From an uncultured Acidobacteriota bacterium (lineage in GTDB: Bacteria > Acidobacteriota > Blastocatellia > RBC074): a DNA stretch of 64,000 nt. A program made the translations under genes and the position numbers. The notes under the pieces were generated by a model. That model was given only the letters and a program-made list of their open reading frames with translations. It had not been told where the DNA came from and made no database searches. The stretch spans positions 768,001 to 832,000 of the forward strand of contig CAWCKY010000001.1 of NCBI GenBank assembly GCA_963796275.1, in the 5' to 3' direction. Shown in pieces: positions 52,824 through 64,000 of this stretch. Numbering within the stretch: the stretch's first letter is position 1; each line of letters starts with the position of its first letter.

Positions 52824-54218
52824 ATGAGCAAAGCCATATTCGGTCCCACATTCGAAGAAATGCTCCATCCGAACTCGGTGGATCCTGTATTCCGCCGGCG
52901 CGCGTTGGAGGCATCGTCAGAAGCTCCGCTCGATCCAATCAATCTGTATAACATCACCTGGCGCGGATCAAACGACGAGATCAAGTATGAAGTGCTGCCT
53001 GAAGAACTGACCGGGGTCGATGCCGCGATCGTGGTTTTGTATGGGCGTGATTTTCCCACCGGTTCGCACAAGGTAGGCGCGGCCTATTCGGTATTGGCCG
53101 AAGCTTTACTCTTCGGTGAAGTTGATATCGAGAAGAATACGGTTGTCTGGCCGAGCACCGGAAATTATGGGATCGGGGGCGCCTGGGTCGGTGGACGCGT
53201 GGGCGCTCATTCGATAGTTGTGCTTCCCGAAGGGATGAGCCGCGAGCGTTTTGAACGTATAGAAAATTATGGCGCACAGGTGATCAAAACTCCCGGCACC
53301 GAATCGAATGTCAAAGAGATATATGACAAGACATGGGAATTGCGCCGCGAGCCTGGCATACGCGTGCTCAACCAGTTCGAGGAGTTGGGCAATTACCGGT
53401 TCCACTATCATGTGACGGGCAACACTATCGTTGAACTCGCCGTTGATCTCGAAGAGCGGGGCATCGGTAATGGGACAATCGCGGCATTCTGTTCCGCCAT
53501 GGGCAGCGGGGGGACGATAGCGGCTGGCGACAGACTCAAGCAGGTCTGGCCCGATCTACGCATTATCGGTCTGGAGCCGATCCAATGCCCGACGCTCTTC
53601 AACAACGGCTATGGCGCGCACGATATCCAGGGGATCGGCGACAAACATGTGACGTGGATTCACAACGTCCTGAACACCGACGCGATTATGTGCATCGATG
53701 ACCTCGAGTGTAAGAAAGGCTTGCAATTGTTGACGAGCGATCATGGTCGTGAGGCGCTCACACGTCGTTATGGAATCGCGGAAGCCAAGGCGCGACAGCT
53801 TGCCACGATCTTCGGCATTTCGGGAATATGCAATGTGCTGGGCGCGATCAAGACAGCGAAGCATTATCGATTGGGCAAGCGCGACATAATCGTCACAGTA
53901 TGCACGGACGCAATCGACCGTTATCGCTCAGTGATGCAGGAGATGTCGGAAGCTTACGGCGAGATCGACGAGGCACGCGCAATGACTTACGCGGAAGCGA
54001 TATTTCATGGGGTTAAGACGGATTGGGTGAAGGAAGGGACTCAGGAAATGCGCAGACAGTGGCATAACTTGAAATACTTTACCTGGGTCGAACAGCAGGG
54101 TAAGACTGTGGAAGCGTTGAAAGAGCAGCGAGATCCCGATTGGTGGATCGGGCAACAGCGGTTGATTCCAGAGATCGATGCGCGCATCAAGGCTGCCCGG
54201 GTGAAGATAGAAGTTTGA
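52824..54218 (+). CDS. PLP-dependent fold-type II enzyme (cysteine synthase/TrpB-like, unknown substrate)
   Basis: FPTGSHKVG (PLP lysine), PSTGNYG, GSGGT loop, IQGIGD. Confidence 0.85.
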   Translation: MSKAIFGPTFEEMLHPNSVDPVFRRRALEASSEAPLDPINLYNITWRGSNDEIKYEVLPEELTGVDAAIVVLYGRDFPTGSHKVGAAYSVLAEALLFGEVDIEKNTVVWPSTGNYGIGGAWVGGRVGAHSIVVLPEGMSRERFERIENYGAQVIKTPGTESNVKEIYDKTWELRREPGIRVLNQFEELGNYRFHYHVTGNTIVELAVDLEERGIGNGTIAAFCSAMGSGGTIAAGDRLKQVWPDLRIIGLEPIQCPTLFNNGYGAHDIQGIGDKHVTWIHNVLNTDAIMCIDDLECKKGLQLLTSDHGREALTRRYGIAEAKARQLATIFGISGICNVLGAIKTAKHYRLGKRDIIVTVCTDAIDRYRSVMQEMSEAYGEIDEARAMTYAEAIFHGVKTDWVKEGTQEMRRQWHNLKYFTWVEQQGKTVEALKEQRDPDWWIGQQRLIPEIDARIKAARVKIEV

Positions 54219-54298
54219 GATAAAACAAAAAGACGAAAAGGAATAGCAAGCCGGGAGTTATCGTCGGGTTCCTACTATTCTGTTCCCCTGGTAAGTAG

Positions 54299-55532
54299 AT
54301 GAGTAATCTAACCGGATTCAGTTGTCTCGAATGCGCGCGCCTATTCAGTGTAAGCGAGATTGAGTACGTCTGTCCGGAGTGTGGAGGTAATCTCGATGCG
54401 CGTTACGATTATATTCGCGCCAGCTAAAAAATTAACTAAGGCAATTCTCGCCTCCGATCGCAATTACACAATATGGCGCTATCGCCCGCTTCTTCCCATT
54501 GAAGATTCATCGCCAGTGCCGCCGCTTTCAGTAGGATGTACGCCGGTCTACGATTGCCCGCGGCTCGCCTCCAAATATGGAGTCAAACAACTGCTCATCA
54601 AAGATGACGGGCGAAATCCGACAGCCTCGTTCAAAGACCGGCCCAGCGCTCTGGCCGTCGTCAAAGCCGGAGAAGCGGGAGCGCGAGTTATAACCACCGC
54701 TTCATCCGGCAATGCCGGAAGCGCCCTGGCCGGGATATGCGCGAGCGTGGGGATGGAATCGGTAATCTTCGTCCCCGCTAGCGCTCCTCCCGCTAAGATA
54801 GCGCAATTGCAAATATATGGCGCGCGAGTCGTGTTGGTCGAGGGCAGCTACGATGAGGCATTCGATCTCTGCCTGGCCGCGGGGCGCCGATACGGATGGT
54901 ACCAGCGCAGCACGGGATACAATCCATATACGGTCGAGGGCAAGAAGACGGCCGCGTTGGAGATCGGCGAGCAGTTGAATTGGAACATTCCCGATAAGGT
55001 ATTGGTCGGGGTAGGCGACGGCAACATTATTGGGGGAATGTGGAAAGGCTTCAATGATCTTCATCGGTTGGGTTTTATCGAACGGTTGCCGCAGATGATC
55101 GGTGTCCAGGCTGAAGGCTCCTCGGGCATAGTCGATGCCGTCAATGGAGATGGGATTGTACGCGTGGGGGCCGCTCACACTATTGCCGATAGCATTAGCG
55201 TCGGCAATCCGCGCGATGCTACCCGCGCGATACGCGCTATGAAAGAGTCGGGCGGATGCGGCGTCAAGGTCAGCGATGACCTGATTATCGCAGCTATTAG
55301 TCAGCTGGCTCGTTCGACGGGAGTCTTCGTCGAGCCGGCTGGCGCCGCCCCACTCGCGGGTTTCTTGATGCTATGCGAGCGCAACGCGGTTAAATCCGAC
55401 GAGCGCGTCCTCCTGATGCTGACAGGCAATGGGTTGAAGGATGTTGATGCCGCGCGCCGATCGATTGGTGAACCTTTGCGGGTTAAGCCTGATGAGCTAG
55501 ATATGGATTCTTTGAACTTAGCGATTAACTAA
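54299..55532 (+). CDS. Threonine synthase-like PLP enzyme with N-terminal Zn ribbon, split by a frameshift
   Basis: ATG 54299 gives MSNLTGFSCLECAR...VCPECGGNLD, stopping near 54427; removing one C near 54420 joins the ORF with NPTASFKDR, SSGNAG, EGKKT, LTGNGLKD. Confidence 0.85.
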
Positions 55533-55683
55533 TTAACAGATAATGGTCGCCAGGTAAATCCGGTTGCGAAAATGTGGCGGGATTTCAGAGGTCGCGTTCA
55601 AATGCGGACACGGGGACCACGGGAAGATTGAGGTATAAGTCCCCCGTTGCTCCCCGTGGTCAAATTCATGTCTCTTTAATTCT

Positions 55684-56550
55684 TTATGTTCTACCTATTG
55701 AGAGGTAATTTAGCGGATTGACGGGCCGGTCGTGCAGGCGAACTTCGTAGTGGCAATGAGGCGCCGTAGAGCGGCCAGTGCTGCCGACGGTGCCTATTAT
55801 CGTTCCGCGGCCGACGTGCTGGCCGGCTGCCACACCGATCTGCAGCATATGTCCGTAACGTGTCGTGATCCCGTAGCCGTGATCGATGACGACGACATTA
55901 CCATAACCGCTGTAAACACCTGCGAAAATTACAACTCCATCAGCTGTCGCTTCAATCGCCGCCCCTGGATTGGATGCGATATCCAGGCCGGAGTGCATCT
56001 CCGTACCACGCCCTCCGAATGGGTTCCGCCGCATCCCATAACCGTCAGTTATATATCCGCGGACTGGCCATCCACGAGGCGTCGATGAAAGTTTGAGCTG
56101 GTTCTTATCAAAAACCGCCTTGATCTGTCTCAGTTCCGATTCGAGGGCTGCAGTCGCTTGTTCGATTTCGCCAAGATCTGCGTCTTTAACCGGGCCTCCC
56201 CGTCCAATGTTTCTTCCGAGATCGGATTGGCGGCTGATGCCTGAAGATGCAGCAAGTTTTCGCTGGGTCGAATCGAGCGCCGCCAGACGGCTGAGCAGCA
56301 TTTCCTTTTTGTTGTTGACCTCCTGATTCTCTTCTTTGAGGAGCCGATTTTCCTGCTCCAGGATGTTGAGTTTCGCCATCACGATGGCTTGTTGTGCCAG
56401 TTTGTAGGCGCCGAATACGACGGTTAGGAGACCTACAACCGCAAACCCGAGTATTGTGTAAAGGATTTTGTGAGGTATGTTGAATTTGCGAAGGGGTGAT
56501 TTCGCTGTCGGTGCAAATACAAACGTGTAGAACCGTTTTTCATCATTCAT
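55684..56550 (-). CDS. M23 family peptidase with TM and coiled coil
   Basis: AGGAG SD before ATG 56550; HSGLD, YGH, STGRSTAPHCHYEV. Confidence 0.9.
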   Translation of the reverse strand: MNDEKRFYTFVFAPTAKSPLRKFNIPHKILYTILGFAVVGLLTVVFGAYKLAQQAIVMAKLNILEQENRLLKEENQEVNNKKEMLLSRLAALDSTQRKLAASSGISRQSDLGRNIGRGGPVKDADLGEIEQATAALESELRQIKAVFDKNQLKLSSTPRGWPVRGYITDGYGMRRNPFGGRGTEMHSGLDIASNPGAAIEATADGVVIFAGVYSGYGNVVVIDHGYGITTRYGHMLQIGVAAGQHVGRGTIIGTVGSTGRSTAPHCHYEVRLHDRPVNPLNYLSIGRT

Positions 56551-57052
56551 TTTATCTCCTTCAATCACCTCAGCCAAACACCATGGTGTTAGGGAGTATG
56601 GAGAAGCCACACTGTAATCGGGGGCATTCATTTTCAGCGGGCTGGGAGTGGGTAACGAGCACCACTGAAAGCGTCGTCTATTGGAAAATCTGGAAAATAT
56701 TCCGGCGACAAAGTGGTGTAAACTGCCGTGGAGGCTAACATATGTCTGCCGCCGATTCAATAGACCTATATCCCGAAATCGGACTTCTCACCAAAAAATA
56801 TCAGATTTAATTACTTGATAAAGTATTCTTGGCTTGTGGGCGATATTGCGGGGCCGTTTATCGACATTATGTAATGTCGATCTCAACTATAGGTGCATTA
56901 ATCCGGATTTTGTCACGCGAAGCCCCGTGGCAAAAATCCGTTTTTTCATTAGATCGCGAGCTTTTCAGGACGCAAGGCTTTTGCTACACTGAACATATTG
57001 GTCAAGCGGTGAGAATATGCGGACTGGCCCCTACAATCGAGGAATCGCCTTT

Positions 57053-58306
57053 ATGAACAAAATATTGAGAATAGTTATGGTTTCCGTCATTGCACTGACT
57101 GTCGCAATAACCTGCAGCAATCTGCTGGTAGACGACCAGGCATTCGGGCAAGCCGGCCGTAAATCCTCCGACAAGAAGAAAAAGAATCCGAGTTCGAGCG
57201 GGGATCCTGAAGAACAGCGCAAGGAACAGGAGAGGCAAGAGGAGAAGAAGGTCGATAAAACCATCGATCCTTCGAGTATCAGCATCGGCACCGATGTGGT
57301 CAACGTCGAAGCGGTCGTCTTCAATAAAAAGACGGGCGGAATTTTTCAGGGCCTGAAGAAAGAGAATTTCGAGATATACGAGGACGGCATCAAACAGGAG
57401 ATCGAAAATTTCGCTACGCCTGATGCTCCCGTCACGATGGTTCTTGTTCTGGAATACAGCAAACTGGTCGATCTCCTCGGCAGCGCAACGGGCGGATATT
57501 TTGAAGCGGGCCGCGTCGAGATACTCCGTCCGGCTTATGAATTCGTCAGCCGCTTCGTACAGCCCAAGGATTTCATCTCGATGGTCGCCTATGATATTCG
57601 GCCGACGCCGATCGTGGATTTTACCGACGACCGCAACAAGTTGATGCAGGCCATCAACCTGCTGCTCCGCAATAATCCGGCCTTCAGCGAGAGCAACCTC
57701 TTCGACACCATGCAATTCGTCCTGCGCGGCGGCGTCGGCGATAACGTTGTGCTCGAGGAGAACAAGGACAAGGACGCTAAGTCAGATAAGACGGATTATG
57801 CCGGTCTGTACGAGATAAATGCCCGCACGGCGATGTTATTGATATCCTCGGGGATTGACACATTCAGCAAGATAAATTACGACCAGGCTCGCAAGATCGT
57901 GGAGAACTCGGGCGTCCCGATCTACGTCATAGGGACCGGCAATCTTTTCCTGAAGAAATATGACCAGTACCTCGATCCCGGACGCGGACTGGAGATGTAC
58001 GGTATCCCCGACCGGATGACGCTGCTTCAGGCGCAGAACACGCTCAAGACATTCTCCGATTCGACCGGCGGCCGATACTTTCCGGTCACATTCCCCGGCG
58101 AGATCCCGAGCGTTCTGCAATCGATCTCCGCGCTCGTGCGCAACCAGTACAGTCTCGGCTATACGCCGACAAATTCGAGACAAGAAGGCAAACGGCGCAA
58201 GATTCAGGTCAAGGTCAACCTCGGCGATGTGGTGGATCCCAAGCTGGTAGTAATCCAGCATCGACAGAGTTATATCGAGGCGGGTGGCAAGAACAAGAAG
58301 AAATAA
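57053..58306 (+). CDS. Secreted VWA-domain protein (acidobacterial VWFA type)
   Basis: Signal peptide, LKKENFEIYEDG..QEI..F, LLISSGID, TGG, LVRNQYSLGYTP. Confidence 0.82.
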   Translation: MNKILRIVMVSVIALTVAITCSNLLVDDQAFGQAGRKSSDKKKKNPSSSGDPEEQRKEQERQEEKKVDKTIDPSSISIGTDVVNVEAVVFNKKTGGIFQGLKKENFEIYEDGIKQEIENFATPDAPVTMVLVLEYSKLVDLLGSATGGYFEAGRVEILRPAYEFVSRFVQPKDFISMVAYDIRPTPIVDFTDDRNKLMQAINLLLRNNPAFSESNLFDTMQFVLRGGVGDNVVLEENKDKDAKSDKTDYAGLYEINARTAMLLISSGIDTFSKINYDQARKIVENSGVPIYVIGTGNLFLKKYDQYLDPGRGLEMYGIPDRMTLLQAQNTLKTFSDSTGGRYFPVTFPGEIPSVLQSISALVRNQYSLGYTPTNSRQEGKRRKIQVKVNLGDVVDPKLVVIQHRQSYIEAGGKNKKK

Positions 58307-59023
58307 ATGGGACTGAGCGAGCGGCTTGCATTTATCAATCAACAGATTGCTTCAGCCTGTGAGCGTGCCGGTCGTTCCGTCTCGGAAGTAACCTTGGTGG
58401 GGGCCAGCAAGACGGTCGCCTCTTCTCTGATCAGGCTCGCCATCGATGCGGGCCTGAGCGTGCTTGGTGAAAACCGTGTACAGGAGGCCGCTCCGAAAAT
58501 CGTCGAACTTCGTAATGCCATCTCTCAAAATCAAGTCCAATGGCATCTAATCGGTCATCTGCAATCGAATAAGGCGCGTCGCGCGGTTGAGCTCTTTGAC
58601 GCGATTCAGAGCATTGACAGTCTCAAGCTGGCGGAGCGGATAGATGACATATCCGGCGAGTTGGGAAAACGTTTACCGATTATGATCGAGGTCAACCTGG
58701 GCAGCGAATTATCGAAAGCGGGAGTCGTTAGTGGAGACGCTCTCTCGTTATGCGAACGAGCGGGTAAACTGGGTAATCTTGAGCTGATAGGTTTAATGGC
58801 CGTCCCGCCGCTCCTGGAAGACCCTCAAGAAATGAGGCCATACTTTCGCCGCCTGCGCGAATTACGCGACGAGGCGATCCGCGTCGGGATTGTCGATCGG
58901 CAATTCAGAGAACTATCGATGGGTATGAGCAAGGACTTCCAAGTCGCGATTGAAGAAGGCGCCACATACATCCGCGTCGGCACGGCCATCTTCGGTCCGC
59001 GCGTTGCTAAAATTGACAGCTAA
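58307..59023 (+). CDS. yggS: PLP homeostasis protein YggS
   Basis: LVGASK, GENRVQE, WHLIGHLQSNK, LSMGMS, RVGTAIFG. Confidence 0.95.
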   Translation: MGLSERLAFINQQIASACERAGRSVSEVTLVGASKTVASSLIRLAIDAGLSVLGENRVQEAAPKIVELRNAISQNQVQWHLIGHLQSNKARRAVELFDAIQSIDSLKLAERIDDISGELGKRLPIMIEVNLGSELSKAGVVSGDALSLCERAGKLGNLELIGLMAVPPLLEDPQEMRPYFRRLRELRDEAIRVGIVDRQFRELSMGMSKDFQVAIEEGATYIRVGTAIFGPRVAKIDS

Positions 59024-59140
59024 TGAGGTCAAAAAGAGAGATACGAAATAAGAGAAAATAAGAGACGGTCGAAAAATTGACATTATTTTTGCCTGTTTCG
59101 TTTTTTCGCTTATTCGTACTCTCTCTTTTATTTGAGTATT

Positions 59141-59785
59141 ATGACAATTCTTCTCACTTTACAAATTGGCAGACTGATCTTTTCGGCGGTCGAAATAATG
59201 CGTGAGATAGTTCAGCTTGTCATCGGCATTACCATCGGTCTGGTGATCGCTCTGCTGCTCATTCGACTCTTGACCGACGTATTTAAGCTCAGTCCGTTTG
59301 GGAGGATCTATCAAAATGTCCGCCGTCCTACGGACGAACTTTATCAGAAGATGCGTACTTCGCAATTATACTATCCCTTAAGGAGATCATTCGGTTTTGA
59401 TCCCACCGTAATAATGATACTCATTGCGCTGGCGATCTCATGGTATGTCATTTACATTATCAGTAATTACCTATTTCAGATATTGACCACCCTGGGGATC
59501 AGCTTGATCTCGTTCGGCAACGGCGAAATTTTGGGTGGGGCTCGCATCCTGATCGGCGCCTCGTTGTTAGCGGTAATCTTCTTTCTCATGACGTTGATGA
59601 CGATCGTTTTCGTTAACTGGATTTTCGGATTGATGAGGCGAGCGGCCTTCTGGTCTATGGAACGACTGAGGCCGCTGCTGAAGATATTCGAGTTCGGCGG
59701 AATGCTCGCAGGGTTTTCATTTATCATCCTCTGGCTCGCTCTTATTTTTGCGGCAACTGCCGTAGAAGCTATTTTCTTGCCGTAG
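59141..59785 (+). CDS. YggT-like membrane protein
   Basis: Multi-TM protein between yggS and DUF167, the usual yggT position. Confidence 0.55.
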   Translation: MTILLTLQIGRLIFSAVEIMREIVQLVIGITIGLVIALLLIRLLTDVFKLSPFGRIYQNVRRPTDELYQKMRTSQLYYPLRRSFGFDPTVIMILIALAISWYVIYIISNYLFQILTTLGISLISFGNGEILGGARILIGASLLAVIFFLMTLMTIVFVNWIFGLMRRAAFWSMERLRPLLKIFEFGGMLAGFSFIILWLALIFAATAVEAIFLP

Positions 59786-59818
59786 AAGCCGACACTTCTA
59801 TTTCATCGTCGGAATCAC

Positions 59819-60118
59819 GTGATCAAGTTAACAACGACACATTACGGAGTGACTTTTTCTGTCCGAGTTCAAGCGCGTGCATCACGCAGTTGCATCGCCG
59901 GAGAGATTGATGGGGCGCTGCGAATCCGCATCGCCGCGCCGCCGGTTGATGGCGAGGCGAATGAGGAGCTTGTTCGCTTCCTGGCCAGGCATCTGGATAT
60001 CACCCGCGATCAAGTCGAAATCGTCTCGGGTCAGAGGTCGAAGAATAAGGTGGTACGTGTGAAAGGAATTTCGGCTGAATTATGCGAGAAGAAAATATTA
60101 GATGGTCAGTTGGCCTGA
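59819..60118 (+). CDS. DUF167/YggU family protein
   Basis: [28 protein letters not shown]. Confidence 0.9.
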   Translation: MIKLTTTHYGVTFSVRVQARASRSCIAGEIDGALRIRIAAPPVDGEANEELVRFLARHLDITRDQVEIVSGQRSKNKVVRVKGISAELCEKKILDGQLA

Positions 60119-60200
60119 TGGGATCCACCCTGGACTATCACAACTTTCAACTACTCCCTGAAAACTCTTAACTATCAGCTCAACTCTCAACAACTTCCTA

Positions 60201-60914
60201 TCAACTATCAATTTTATCTATCGATTTTGGCAGCTTCCCGCAGTGACCATTGGTTCTGGCCATCTGATGAACGGCCGCTCTTCTTTCAAATTCGTCGGTG
60301 AGTTTTTCGAGGGTTTCGTTCACCTGTCGCATTCGGGCGTCGGTGCTGGTCAATTCGAGCAACCTCTGCTTCACACTCGCTTCGATATCAAGATAGGCCG
60401 TGATGATGAATGTTAGTGCTTGGGCATCTTCCGGCAGATCCGGAACCTCGCCGGATTCCCGGTCGCTATCATCCTTGAGCTTCCGGTTAGCGACGAGCCA
60501 GCGGTGGAAAAGGTCTTTCGCGCGTTCCATCTGAGGAGACAAGTCTTCGAAGATCGGTTCATCGTCGAAGATTTCCACTTCGGCCTGAAGATACGGCTCG
60601 CCTTCAACGTAGTTGAGCAAGTGAAAGCGCTTCTCGCCGACACATAAAATATTGGAACGCCCATCCGGCAACCCCTGCACTACTGCGACTTCGACAGTGC
60701 AGCCAACGCTACCAGCCGGCATCCGTTCCGAATCGTCCGTCAAATCATCGCTGCGGTAGATGATGCCGAAGATCTTGTCGCCATCCATCACGTCTTTCAG
60801 CAGTTTGCGGTAGCGCGGTTCGAAAATATGCAGAGGGGTCAGCGCGCCGGGAAACTGGACGTGCGCCAGCGGGAATATGGGGATAACGCGAGTAATGGGA
60901 GTTATATCAGTCAT
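60201..60914 (-). CDS. Stand-alone LON substrate-binding domain protein
   Basis: PIFPL...FPG...[18 protein letters not shown]. Confidence 0.88.
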   Translation of the reverse strand: MTDITPITRVIPIFPLAHVQFPGALTPLHIFEPRYRKLLKDVMDGDKIFGIIYRSDDLTDDSERMPAGSVGCTVEVAVVQGLPDGRSNILCVGEKRFHLLNYVEGEPYLQAEVEIFDDEPIFEDLSPQMERAKDLFHRWLVANRKLKDDSDRESGEVPDLPEDAQALTFIITAYLDIEASVKQRLLELTSTDARMRQVNETLEKLTDEFERRAAVHQMARTNGHCGKLPKSIDKIDS

Positions 60915-62703
60915 TAACCTTAAGTACTGCCAGAAAGGCTTCCTGCGGGATTTCGACTTTGCCCACGCGCTTCATTCGCCTCTTGCCTTCTTTCTGCTTT
61001 TCGAGCAGCTTCCGTTTGCGCGAAATGTCGCCGCCGTAACATTTGGCTAGAACGTTTTTTCCGAGCGCTTTGATCGTTTCCCGCGCGATGACGCGCGATC
61101 CGATCGCAGCCTGGATCGGCACTTCGAACAATTGCCGTGGGATGAGTTTGCGCATTTTGTCGACAAGTGAGCGGCCGCGCGCATACGCCGCTTCTTTGTG
61201 CACAATCAGAGTGAGCGCATCAACCGGCTCACCGGCGACCAGGATATCGAGTTTCACCAGGTCGGCCTCGCGATATCCGGCGAAGTGATAATCGAGCGAA
61301 GCATAACCGCGCGAACTGGATTTCAACCGATCGAAGAAATCGAGCACGATCTCATTCAGCGGCAATTCGTAGGTCAACAGCACTCGTGTCGGCGTGATGT
61401 ATTCGAATCCCTTCTGCAAGCCGCGTTTTTCGTCGAGCAACGCGAGGATGTTCCCGAGGAACTCCTCATTGGTCATGATCATCGCCTGGATAATCGGTTC
61501 CTCGAATTTCACGATATCGCCCGGCGGCGGCATCTTGGAAGGATTATCGATCTCGCTCACCTCGCCGCGCACGTCGGTCAGGCGATAGCGTACGCCGGGG
61601 GCGGTCGTGATCAAATCTACATTGAACTCGCGTTCAAGCCGCTCCTGCACGATCTCCATATGCAGTAACCCGAGGAACCCGCAGCGGAATCCGAAGCCGA
61701 GCGCCGTTGATACCTCCGGATCGAAGAAGAATGAAGAATCGTTGAGACGTAATTTTTCCAGGGCATCGCGCAGCTCTTCGTACTGATTCGCCTCGACCGG
61801 ATAAATGCCCGCGAAGACCATCGGTTTGATCTCCTGGAACCCGGGAAACGGTTCTTTTGTCCGCCGCGCCGCCTCCGTGATCGTGTCGCCTATGTTCACG
61901 TCGGCGACCGTCTTGATGTTGGCGACTATGAACCCGACCTCCCCGGCGCCGAGTTTATCTATCTCGCGCGGCTTCGGCGTTAGCACCCCAAGTTCTTCGA
62001 CCTCGTAATCACGTCCTTTAGCCATCAACCGAATTTTCATTTTCGGACGTAATTCGCCGTCAATGACGCGCACCATGACGATCACGCCGCGATACGAATC
62101 GAACCAAGAATCGAAAATCAGAGCCTTGAGCGGCGCTTCGGTGGACCCCATCGGTGGAGGAATTTCGCGCACGATTGACTCGAGAATCTCGTCGATGCCT
62201 ATACCCGACTTCGCCGAAGCCATGATCGAGTTTTGTGTGCCCAGCCCGATAATGTTTTCGATCTGCTCTTTAACTTTCTCCGGCTCGGCGCCTGGAAGAT
62301 CGATCTTGTTGATGACCGGGATCAATTCCAGATTGTTATCTACCGCTAGATACGCGTTCGCCAGCGTCTGCGCCTCAACGCCCTGGCTCGCATCGACGAC
62401 TAGCAAGGCACCTTCACAGGCCGATAGGCTGCGGGAAACCTCGTAGGAGAAATCGACGTGGCCAGGCGTATCGATCAGATTCAGGATATAACTCTGACCA
62501 TTACGCGCCTGGTAATTGAGACGAACGGAGTGGGCTTTGATCGTAATGCCACGCTCGCGCTCGAGGTCCATAGCATCCAGCACCTGGTCCGACATTTCGC
62601 GCGATTCGAGGGCGCCGGTAGCCTCCAGCAGACGATCCGAAAGCGTAGTCTTACCGTGGTCGATATGCGCGATGATAGAAAAATTTCGAATATTTGATGA
62701 CAT
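60907..62703 (-). CDS. lepA: Elongation factor 4
   Basis: [47 protein letters not shown]. Confidence 0.98.
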   Translation of the reverse strand: MSSNIRNFSIIAHIDHGKTTLSDRLLEATGALESREMSDQVLDAMDLERERGITIKAHSVRLNYQARNGQSYILNLIDTPGHVDFSYEVSRSLSACEGALLVVDASQGVEAQTLANAYLAVDNNLELIPVINKIDLPGAEPEKVKEQIENIIGLGTQNSIMASAKSGIGIDEILESIVREIPPPMGSTEAPLKALIFDSWFDSYRGVIVMVRVIDGELRPKMKIRLMAKGRDYEVEELGVLTPKPREIDKLGAGEVGFIVANIKTVADVNIGDTITEAARRTKEPFPGFQEIKPMVFAGIYPVEANQYEELRDALEKLRLNDSSFFFDPEVSTALGFGFRCGFLGLLHMEIVQERLEREFNVDLITTAPGVRYRLTDVRGEVSEIDNPSKMPPPGDIVKFEEPIIQAMIMTNEEFLGNILALLDEKRGLQKGFEYITPTRVLLTYELPLNEIVLDFFDRLKSSSRGYASLDYHFAGYREADLVKLDILVAGEPVDALTLIVHKEAAYARGRSLVDKMRKLIPRQLFEVPIQAAIGSRVIARETIKALGKNVLAKCYGGDISRKRKLLEKQKEGKRRMKRVGKVEIPQEAFLAVLKVND

Positions 62704-63023
62704 AGAACATTAGGAGAATAGAAAATTGAGGAGGAAAAGGCAATGAGGATAGAGGCTGGGGTGAGGGCTGGCCCTGTACTCTGCTTGACAAACTTTAAAA
62801 TGTCACATTTTTAGACGCATAAGCGGTGATCATCATGCCCCGGCATTCAAGCCTCGAACGCCTACAAACGCTGAGCCGGGCTCACTCGCCACAAACGAAA
62901 CGAGCTGCAATGTGTGAAATAGCCTACTAATCTGCCCGTTTCATATGGCTTCCCGAAGAGCATTGAATCGCAGCATTTGACGGCATTCATTAGCGATAAA
63001 AGCAATAACTGCCTCTGACTCAC

Positions 63024-63674
63024 TCAATTTTTATTGGCGACGACCCTCCACAAATACCAGGAAGCAACCGAGCAATAGGGCCGCCATCCTCGTTCATCCG
63101 CGACTTGTTCAATCTGTTGCGCGTCTGGCAGGTCATCTAATTCATAAGCGATTTGTATTGCTTTCCTGATGCCGAGGTCTCCCACAGGCAGGACATTCAA
63201 TCGCCCGAGCGAGAAGATCAGGAACATGTGCGCAGTCCAGACGCCGATGCCCTTAACTTTGATGAGCATTTCGATCACCTCTTCGTCGCTCATCCGTGAA
63301 AGGCGCGTAAGTTTGAGTGTGCCGTCCGCGGTCTTCGCAGCCAGATCTTTGATGAATGAAACTTTCCCATTCGACATCCCGGTTGCGCGCAACTTTTCGT
63401 CCGGCGTCAGAAGAACTGACTCCGGTCTGGGAAATCGAGCGGGGGAATAAAGTGCTTTAAAACGGCCGATTATCGTGTTGGCGACTCTGGTCGAGAGCTG
63501 CTGCGAGATGATAGCGTCGACCAGCGTCTCGAAATAACGCGTGTGCGGGCGTAATAAGCAAGGCGTATGTTTTTTGATGTACACCCGCAAAACGGGATCG
63601 CGGCGTGAAAGATGATGCTCCGCCGCTCGCAGCGTCTCCCGATAGATATTTATCTTGTCGCTCTCTTTCTGCAT
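63024..63674 (-). CDS. DNA-3-methyladenine glycosylase II (AlkA/HhH-GPD)
   Basis: [37 protein letters not shown]. Confidence 0.9.
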   Translation of the reverse strand: MQKESDKINIYRETLRAAEHHLSRRDPVLRVYIKKHTPCLLRPHTRYFETLVDAIISQQLSTRVANTIIGRFKALYSPARFPRPESVLLTPDEKLRATGMSNGKVSFIKDLAAKTADGTLKLTRLSRMSDEEVIEMLIKVKGIGVWTAHMFLIFSLGRLNVLPVGDLGIRKAIQIAYELDDLPDAQQIEQVADERGWRPYCSVASWYLWRVVANKN

Positions 63675-63681
63675 TTTCGGA

Positions 63682-64000
63682 TCAGGTGGAATGATGTTTT
63701 GCTAATAGCTTTTTAGTGAATTTTGCAGTGACCTTGCCGCTATCAATATCTGCCTTTAATCTGTCCAGTTCAGCCGGCGTGTCGACGTCGTACCAGGTGG
63801 GTAACAGATTCAATTTCAAGCCTGCATCGCGCACCCGATCATTGGTCGCCGAAAGCACACCGCCGGTACCCCACGGAATGTCGGCGAAGATTTCCCGTCT
63901 GAACTTGCGCATCCCGATCAGATAATACCCGTCGTCTTCCGCGGGGCCGAGGACGACATCATCTTCATCGGACAACCTTTCAAATGCTTCGAACACATAA
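63682..64000 (-). CDS. DUF2064/CofC-like glycosyltransferase, 5' end beyond window
   Basis: [30 protein letters not shown]. Confidence 0.8.
   Translation of the reverse strand, partial: YVFEAFERLSDEDDVVLGPAEDDGYYLIGMRKFRREIFADIPWGTGGVLSATNDRVRDAGLKLNLLPTWYDVDTPAELDRLKADIDSGKVTAKFTKKLLAKHHST

Overview
Chromosomal window of a moderately GC-rich bacterium. Gene content (VWA-domain secreted protein, BlaI/M56-HEAT modules, REP-like doublets) suggests Acidobacteriota, probably Blastocatellia; this is inference. Housekeeping genes: prfB with its programmed +1 frameshift, ftsK, gatCA, cca, folD, coaE, yggS/yggT/yggU, lepA, tRNA-Lys(CTT). Signalling loci: BlaI plus M56-HEAT; a hybrid kinase plus sigma54 regulator; and an HD-GYP / degenerate methyltransferase-like / STAS / FHA-GAF-PP2C operon. 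It also holds a phosphoesterase-like tetraheme cytochrome and two divergent xanthine-oxidase-family molybdoenzymes with mmsA and two PLP enzymes. The most striking unexplained element is the ~1.3 kb gap at 42953-44285. It carries a near-consensus sigma70 promoter, a 37-codon leader ORF with a perfect antiterminator/terminator pair, then a non-canonical tRNA-like element and two ~150-nt rod-shaped RNAs, with no protein gene downstream. This is a candidate translation-stress-attenuated ncRNA operon. At least four genes carry single-base frameshifts that look like sequencing indels, so fine details need read-level confirmation. All RNA structures were paired by eye, not computed.
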